Assembly (NCBI GenBank): GCA_012515515.1
Contig: JAAYYE010000009.1
Location: forward strand, 35,818-99,817
Direction: 5' to 3'
Origin: Minisyncoccota bacterium
GTDB lineage: Bacteria; Patescibacteriota; Microgenomatia; UBA1400; PJMF01
Length of the DNA stretch: 64,000 nucleotides
Position numbers and translations under genes: made by a program. This document shows, one piece after another, positions 58,430 to 64,000 of this stretch. The notes below the pieces were generated by a model that ran no database searches, was not told where the DNA came from, and saw only the letters and a list, made by a program, of their open reading frames with translations. Position 1 is the stretch's first letter. Each line of letters begins with the position of its first letter.

Positions 58430-60229
58430 TTATAAACGCTCTAAAGTGTCAATGCCGAGGATATTTAGGCCTTTTTTAATGACTAAAGCTAGCTCTTCGA
58501 CCAATTTAAGCCGAAAATCACGCCTTAGAAGGGCTAGTTCTCCAGAGGAGTCTTGTAAAATTTGATATTTATTGTAAAAACTGCCAAATTGACTGGCCAA
58601 AGTATATAAATAGTTACAAAGTAGTGCAGGATTTAATTCTTGCTGAGCTTGTTTAATGATTTTTTGAAAATTCGCTAGCTGTTGAATAAGTTCTTTTTCT
58701 AATGTTTCTAAGTTTAAATCTGGATGAGATTGATGATCGATGCTCAGTTCGCGCTTCAGCTCAATTCCTTGTTCCTCAGCTTTGCGCAAAATGCTTTTTG
58801 CCCGAGCATAAGCGTAAAGCATGTAGGGGCCAGAATTGCCTTGTAAATTTAAGACCTCTGCCCAATCAAAAGTGATGTGGAGCTGGCTGTTGCGTTTAAG
58901 GTCGTTCCATTTGAGAGCCGCAATGCTCAACACTTTGGCTGTTTCGGGATCGCCACTTAATTCTTCGGCTTTGGCTTGAGCTTTATCCAAAACTTCATTG
59001 AGCCAAATACTTTGACCTTTGCGGGTAGACATTTTGCCATCTGCAAAACGATAAAGACCGTGTTTGAGATGAATTCTTTCGCCAGCTTTGTACCAACCTA
59101 GCATTTCTTCTGCTTTAAATAATTGTTGAAAATACAAACTTTGTTCGCTGCCAACTTCATTGATAATAACTGGGGCTTCATTATTTTCACCACGATAACG
59201 AACTTGGCTCAAACGCCATTTATCAGCCGCAAGATCACGAGTGGCGTATAAAGTAGCACCGTCGGCTTTTTCAATCATCAGTGGGGGATACTGATCATCG
59301 GGGAAAAAGATTAATTTTGCTCCATTCTCGCCTGCTCTAACAAATTCTTGTTCACTTAATTCGGCGATCAGTTGTTGCAAATCTTTTTCGAAATAGGCTT
59401 CGCTAAAACCCTGGCCATTATTTTCAGTAAATTTTACTCCAAGGCGCTGGTAAATTTTATTAAATTCGACAAGCGACCAATTAATACAAGCTTGCCACAA
59501 GCGGCGAGCCTCGCTGTCGCCTGCCTCCAATTTTTTGAACCACAGTCGAGCTTCGTCATTCAGGCTCTCATCTTCTTCTGCTTCTTGGTGAAACTTAACA
59601 TAGAGTTTGACTAGTTCGGCTACTGGATTGTCGCTTTTAGCGATTGCTTCTTCATTACCCCATTTTTTAATTGCCACAATCTGTTTACCAAATTGCGTTC
59701 CCCAATCGCCCAAATGATTATCGCGAAAAACTTCATAGCCAACTGCTTCATAGAGATTGGCCACGGCATCACCAATAATTGTTGAGCGCAAATGACCAAT
59801 GCCAAATGGCTTAGCAATATTTGGTGAAGAGTATTCAACGATCACTTTTTGCGATGGTCGTTCTGTTGATAAATAATTAGCCTCGTTTTTGGGCAAATTA
59901 TTGGGCGGGTTATTGGGCAAATTATTAAAAATTTCCCAAAAAACAGCATCGCTTAAATAAAAATTAATAAAAGCTGGTTTAGCAACTCTGGCCTCAATGT
60001 CTTGATTTTGTTGATTAAAATTGTCTGCAATTATTTTAGCCAACTCTTCAGGATTTTGAAAATCTTCACTCACTAAATGATGTTTATTCATGGCAATGCT
60101 AGAGCTTAAATCCCCAAAATTGTTCAGCTTGGGTTTTTCCACTAAAATATCATCGGCTGACATTAATTGGCTCAGCTGCTCAGGCAAACTAAGATAAATC
60201 GCTTTTTGTAATTTTTGCTCAATGTTCAT
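58430..60229 (-). CDS. argS: Arginine--tRNA ligase
   Basis: EYSSPNIAKPFGIGHLRS, GDWGTQFG, KMSTRKG, GPYMLYAYAR. Confidence 0.97.
   Translation of the reverse strand: MNIEQKLQKAIYLSLPEQLSQLMSADDILVEKPKLNNFGDLSSSIAMNKHHLVSEDFQNPEELAKIIADNFNQQNQDIEARVAKPAFINFYLSDAVFWEIFNNLPNNPPNNLPKNEANYLSTERPSQKVIVEYSSPNIAKPFGIGHLRSTIIGDAVANLYEAVGYEVFRDNHLGDWGTQFGKQIVAIKKWGNEEAIAKSDNPVAELVKLYVKFHQEAEEDESLNDEARLWFKKLEAGDSEARRLWQACINWSLVEFNKIYQRLGVKFTENNGQGFSEAYFEKDLQQLIAELSEQEFVRAGENGAKLIFFPDDQYPPLMIEKADGATLYATRDLAADKWRLSQVRYRGENNEAPVIINEVGSEQSLYFQQLFKAEEMLGWYKAGERIHLKHGLYRFADGKMSTRKGQSIWLNEVLDKAQAKAEELSGDPETAKVLSIAALKWNDLKRNSQLHITFDWAEVLNLQGNSGPYMLYAYARAKSILRKAEEQGIELKRELSIDHQSHPDLNLETLEKELIQQLANFQKIIKQAQQELNPALLCNYLYTLASQFGSFYNKYQILQDSSGELALLRRDFRLKLVEELALVIKKGLNILGIDTLERL
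59889..59924. repeat. Three copies of a 12-bp in-frame tandem repeat in argS
   Basis: TTGGGCAAATTA TTGGGCGGGTTA TTGGGCAAATTA, encoding NNLPNNPPNNLP. Confidence 0.9.
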
Positions 60230-60251
60230 AGTCTTTATTATAAGCGATTAA

Positions 60252-62696
60252 CTAATCTTTTGGTAAATAAATGCGAAAACGCTCACTTCCGTCACTACCA
60301 TAAATAGTGTGATCAGCTTTGTAATGTAACATCTCGTCATCTTTAGCAGCTACAACAATGGTTTTTTCACGATTTAAATCCTGAAAATCAATGTTTTCAT
60401 TAAATTCGTAAATGGCTAAGCTTCCACCTTGATAAGCAATTGGATTAATTTGATTACCAAACAAAACGTAGAGATAAGCGTGTTGATAATCATTGCTAAA
60501 TAAAATTTTATCAATGCCTTGCTGGTCAATCGTCTTTAAATAATCTACCGTTTCTAAATAGCCCTCGTTAAAAGCATCGCTAGTCATTTTCTGATAATTT
60601 AGATAATAATTACGCTGATAAACAAAAGTAAATATTAAATAGGCAATAATAATCGGATATTTAAGTCCCCAACGATGATCTTGAAAAAAATGTCTAAGCC
60701 GATCATAAGCTAAGACTTCCAAAAAAATCCAAGCCGGCAATGCTAAAAGAGCCCGATTGCTATGATAAGCCTGATCACCAATAATTGCTGGTAAATTACC
60801 AATAACTAACCAAGCTATTATTAATAGTAAAAGTTTTTTGCTTTTTTGCTCAAAGCGAACTTGGGGTGAAAACAAACTTAAAATATAAGTAATAATTAAT
60901 GCCAAAGCTGGATAGCTTAAAACACCAAAACGCCCATCTCCATGACGCAATTGTCCATTAAGCTCTCCTTTGGCTAAGAAATTCCAGGAAAAATAGGAGA
61001 GAGCATTCTGCGCAATAATTTTTATTTTTTCTATGATGCTGATGTCTTTAAATAAAATGCTTGATCCTGCTCTAGTTAATCCTTGACCATAAACAGCATC
61101 GTAAGCTAGAGGACTAAGAAAAAATAAGGCCAGCACGACTGCTGCCAGCAAATGCTTCCAATTAATTTTCTTTTTTCGCTGCTCAAATAAAAAAACGATA
61201 ATAAACAATAATGGAGTGGTAATTTTACTACTGTGATAAGCGTAAAGGGTCGAGCAAGCAAGAATTGTCGAAAGCAGTAAATGAGAAAAGCGTTGCTGTC
61301 GGAAATATTTATAAAAAAAGTAAAGTGCCCAAATCAATAGACTCAGGGCTATGCCAGCTTCAAAACCCAGACGACTATAATGAATATGCCAAGGAGATAG
61401 CGCCATAAAAAAAGTGGCCCACAGCGCAAGTTTCTGATCCATTTTATTTTGTATTAATAATTCTTTAGCCAAAAAATAAAGGCCTAGAAGTGCCAATAAA
61501 CTAAAAATAGCAAAGGGTAGACGCACTGCCCACAAATTTAAACCAAAGAGGGCAGTGCTAAAAGCATTTAAATAGATCGCTAAAGGGGCTTTGTAATCAC
61601 CAAATGAACGAAAAGAAATTGGTAAAAATTCTAGCCATTCATCGCGCCTGCTTTGCCAAATGGCAAAACCGTTATAACCAATAGCCGCTTCATCCACAGT
61701 CATTCCTTGGGGTACTCTCCCCAACTGATAAAAACGCAAAGCTCCAGCTAATAATAAAATTAATAATAAAATTAAAGAATTTTTAAATTTAGTTTTATTT
61801 TGTTTTTGGCGAAATTCCTTGACCAACCAATAGGGGCGCCACAATAAATAAGCAATTGCTTGCCAAAAATCGGCATTTTTTCTCGTAAATTTTTTGGCAT
61901 TTCGCCAGCTAACTCGATCAATTTCTTGCTGGCCAAAAACTGTTTGATTGGTACTTTCATGATGATGCTCAACAATTGCCTTGGCTTCAAAAATTACTTG
62001 CCAGGCTTTTTTCTTCGCTTGAAAGGATAAATCTACGTCCTCCCAATATGCAGGTTGATAGCGCTGATCAAAGCCGCCAATTGCTAAAAATTTCTTGCGG
62101 TCAATTAAGCTACTACCACCACTTGCCCAAGCATTTGGCCCACTAGTAAAATTATCCGCTTTGCTGTGTTGAAAAATTCCTCTTTCAAACCACAATTTAT
62201 TTTTGCCTGCCCAATCTTTTTCTTGACTGCCATTTTTTTCTAAACAGCTGACGGCAAATACTTCTTGATCCTGAAAATGAGGGATTAAATATTGTAAAAC
62301 GTCTGGATGCGGCGCTACATCGTTATTTAATAAAAAGACTAAGGGATGTTTGGCTAAGCTAAAGCCAAAATTTACTGAAGCGCCAAAGCGCAAGTTTTTT
62401 TGATTAATCGCTAGAACAATGTCAATGCCTTGCCATTGACCCTGATAGAAATTGGCTTGATTTTGCTTTTGCTCTTGCCGCTGGTCTTGATCTGGCTCTT
62501 GCTGTTTTAATTTAAATTTTTTAACAATAAAATTAAGCGTGGCATTATCGTCTGGACTAGCATCGTCAACAATAATTAGTTGATCGCCAGCCTGCATAAT
62601 GGCCAAAACTTTGTTTAAATGTTTAGCTAATAGGGCTTGACCCATGTAGCTGGGTATTAAGACGCTGACTGCTGGTCTTTTATTTTCTTTTGGCAT
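60252..62696 (-). CDS. Fusion of a GT2 domain and a GT-C (ArnT/PMT-like) domain
   Basis: N-terminal VDDAS, LLNND and YWEDVDL; C-terminal LRFY....P.G.TVDEA..GYN multi-pass domain. Confidence 0.82.
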   Translation of the reverse strand: MPKENKRPAVSVLIPSYMGQALLAKHLNKVLAIMQAGDQLIIVDDASPDDNATLNFIVKKFKLKQQEPDQDQRQEQKQNQANFYQGQWQGIDIVLAINQKNLRFGASVNFGFSLAKHPLVFLLNNDVAPHPDVLQYLIPHFQDQEVFAVSCLEKNGSQEKDWAGKNKLWFERGIFQHSKADNFTSGPNAWASGGSSLIDRKKFLAIGGFDQRYQPAYWEDVDLSFQAKKKAWQVIFEAKAIVEHHHESTNQTVFGQQEIDRVSWRNAKKFTRKNADFWQAIAYLLWRPYWLVKEFRQKQNKTKFKNSLILLLILLLAGALRFYQLGRVPQGMTVDEAAIGYNGFAIWQSRRDEWLEFLPISFRSFGDYKAPLAIYLNAFSTALFGLNLWAVRLPFAIFSLLALLGLYFLAKELLIQNKMDQKLALWATFFMALSPWHIHYSRLGFEAGIALSLLIWALYFFYKYFRQQRFSHLLLSTILACSTLYAYHSSKITTPLLFIIVFLFEQRKKKINWKHLLAAVVLALFFLSPLAYDAVYGQGLTRAGSSILFKDISIIEKIKIIAQNALSYFSWNFLAKGELNGQLRHGDGRFGVLSYPALALIITYILSLFSPQVRFEQKSKKLLLLIIAWLVIGNLPAIIGDQAYHSNRALLALPAWIFLEVLAYDRLRHFFQDHRWGLKYPIIIAYLIFTFVYQRNYYLNYQKMTSDAFNEGYLETVDYLKTIDQQGIDKILFSNDYQHAYLYVLFGNQINPIAYQGGSLAIYEFNENIDFQDLNREKTIVVAAKDDEMLHYKADHTIYGSDGSERFRIYLPKD

Positions 62697-62737
62697 TTTT
62701 ATATTTTAAAAAATTGCTTGTGCATAATAAAAAACTG

Positions 62738-63853
62738 CTATACATCAATCATTTTAAATAATAGTTGATTAAAACGCTCAGGAGCAAAAGTTTCGGCTCT
62801 ATGGCGCATGGTTTCGGCAACTTTTGCTCGTTCGCGCTCATTTTTAATTAAGAATAGAGTTTTCTCAATGCACTCCTGATCAGTCTGCCATAAATAAGTG
62901 CTCAATTCATCTCCCAAAATTTCCTTATGTCCGCCTTTAGCAATTAAGATAGGCACGCAATATGCAGCCATGGCTTCGAGCGGTGCGATTCCAAAATGTT
63001 CGACCGCGCTTGGGGATTTACTTTCATCCAAACCATAGCCGGTGGCATGCCAATAAATACTAGCTTCTTCATACAATTTGACTAAATTGCGGCGATCTAA
63101 TTGCTGATGGAAAACAACTGGTAAATTTTTGGCCAAATTTTGCAGACTTTTAAAATAGGCCTCATCTTCAACTACTCCTGCCAAATGTAATTCCCAACCT
63201 AGCAATAATTTAGGATTAGTCTTAATTAATTCAGCAAAAAGCTTGATGAGAACGTCTTGTCTTTTACTGTGTAATTGGCGAAAAAATCTACCAACATGTA
63301 AGATAATCTTTTTTTTGTGCTTGAGCGGATCAGCTTGCTTGGGAAATTCTTCTAAGCTCACCAGCGGTTGATGAACCAGATCAATTTTTACTGGCCAAAA
63401 TTTTTCTACATAATTTTTGGTGAAATAGGAATTGGTATTTTTTAGCTGATAATTTTTTAGTTTTAAACGCTCAATAATGGAGCGTTTATTTAAGGATAAA
63501 GGCACCTGAATGTGTAGAATGTTTTTTTTCGCCAGTGAAAAAAAGAGTGAACCATCGGTTAAATGATAAAGAACATCAAATTTTTTTGTCCACATTAATT
63601 TTTGCCAAAAACTAGCATCGGTGCCAAGTGGCGTAGCAATAATTTTTAGGCGCGCTAAATCATGAGCACAAAATTTCTGATATTTTTGTCGAATAATTGT
63701 GTTTTTTTCTTCAGTTAAAAAGTCTTGAGAGGGCAAAGCCAAAGATACTTCATCTTTTCCTCGCTCCAATAAAGCACTAATACAATCTAATAAATATTTC
63801 TCTCCCCCACCAAAATGTTTGGGAAAATAAGGTGAATAGAAAACAATTTTCAT
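62738..63853 (-). CDS. GT4 glycosyltransferase
   Basis: GGGEKY, VGRFF...HSKRQD, EHFGIAPLEAMA. Confidence 0.88.
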   Translation of the reverse strand: MKIVFYSPYFPKHFGGGEKYLLDCISALLERGKDEVSLALPSQDFLTEEKNTIIRQKYQKFCAHDLARLKIIATPLGTDASFWQKLMWTKKFDVLYHLTDGSLFFSLAKKNILHIQVPLSLNKRSIIERLKLKNYQLKNTNSYFTKNYVEKFWPVKIDLVHQPLVSLEEFPKQADPLKHKKKIILHVGRFFRQLHSKRQDVLIKLFAELIKTNPKLLLGWELHLAGVVEDEAYFKSLQNLAKNLPVVFHQQLDRRNLVKLYEEASIYWHATGYGLDESKSPSAVEHFGIAPLEAMAAYCVPILIAKGGHKEILGDELSTYLWQTDQECIEKTLFLIKNERERAKVAETMRHRAETFAPERFNQLLFKMIDV

Positions 63854-63854
63854 T

Positions 63855-63998
63855 TTATAATTTTAGGGTTGAACCTTCTGTTTGCCACAGTTTTTTGACT
63901 TGCATTTCTTGTTTGTGATAGCGATCTTCTAAACTGGGCTTTTCTTGCAATTCCCAGACTTGAATGTAAACCAACATGCGATTTATTCCTTGAACTAA
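63855..63998 (-). CDS. C-terminal fragment of an upstream CDS (possibly GT2)
   Basis: Open frame LVQGINRMLVYIQVWELQEK...LKL*, with its stop immediately before the next ATG. Confidence 0.55.
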   Translation of the reverse strand, partial: LVQGINRMLVYIQVWELQEKPSLEDRYHKQEMQVKKLWQTEGSTLKL

Positions 63999-64000
63999 GG

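Noticed and set aside
1-64000. Alternative genetic code (UGA read as Gly, as in Gracilibacteria/Absconditabacteria)
   Set aside because: Conserved genes are full length under code 11, and TGA ends genes at expected positions (e.g. 218-220, 40700-40702).

Overview
A 64 kb, AT-rich, very gene-dense bacterial chromosome segment read in code 11. Gene content and protein style suggest a Patescibacteria/CPR (Microgenomates-like) genome; this is inference, not a database result. Positions 1-16.5 kb are housekeeping: a split dcw cluster (ftsQ-ftsA-ftsZ on +, mraZ-rsmH-ftsL-ftsI on -), ileS, rodA, rplU-methyltransferase-rpmA, parB, glyQS and recO. Positions 16.5-64 kb are a very large surface-glycan region. 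It holds about 17 GT2/GT4 enzymes, five GT-C-fold membrane transferases, a ligase-like protein, Wzx, Wzm/Wzt and nucleotide-sugar enzymes, with ruvCAB, argS and a RelE-type toxin-antitoxin pair embedded, plus a lower-GC island at about 39-50.7 kb. The main hidden signal is a complete T-box riboswitch before ileS (3030-3214). It combines the ultrashort actinobacterial-type Stem I (AUC specifier in the apical loop) with a transcription terminator. Other signals are widespread leaderless promoter architecture, a 38-bp palindrome serving as a symmetric bidirectional start site, a GacI/J/K/L-like glycan-decoration module, a possibly frameshift-split glycosyltransferase, and a Trm11-like methyltransferase between rplU and rpmA. 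No tRNA, rRNA, CRISPR array or transposase was recognised.
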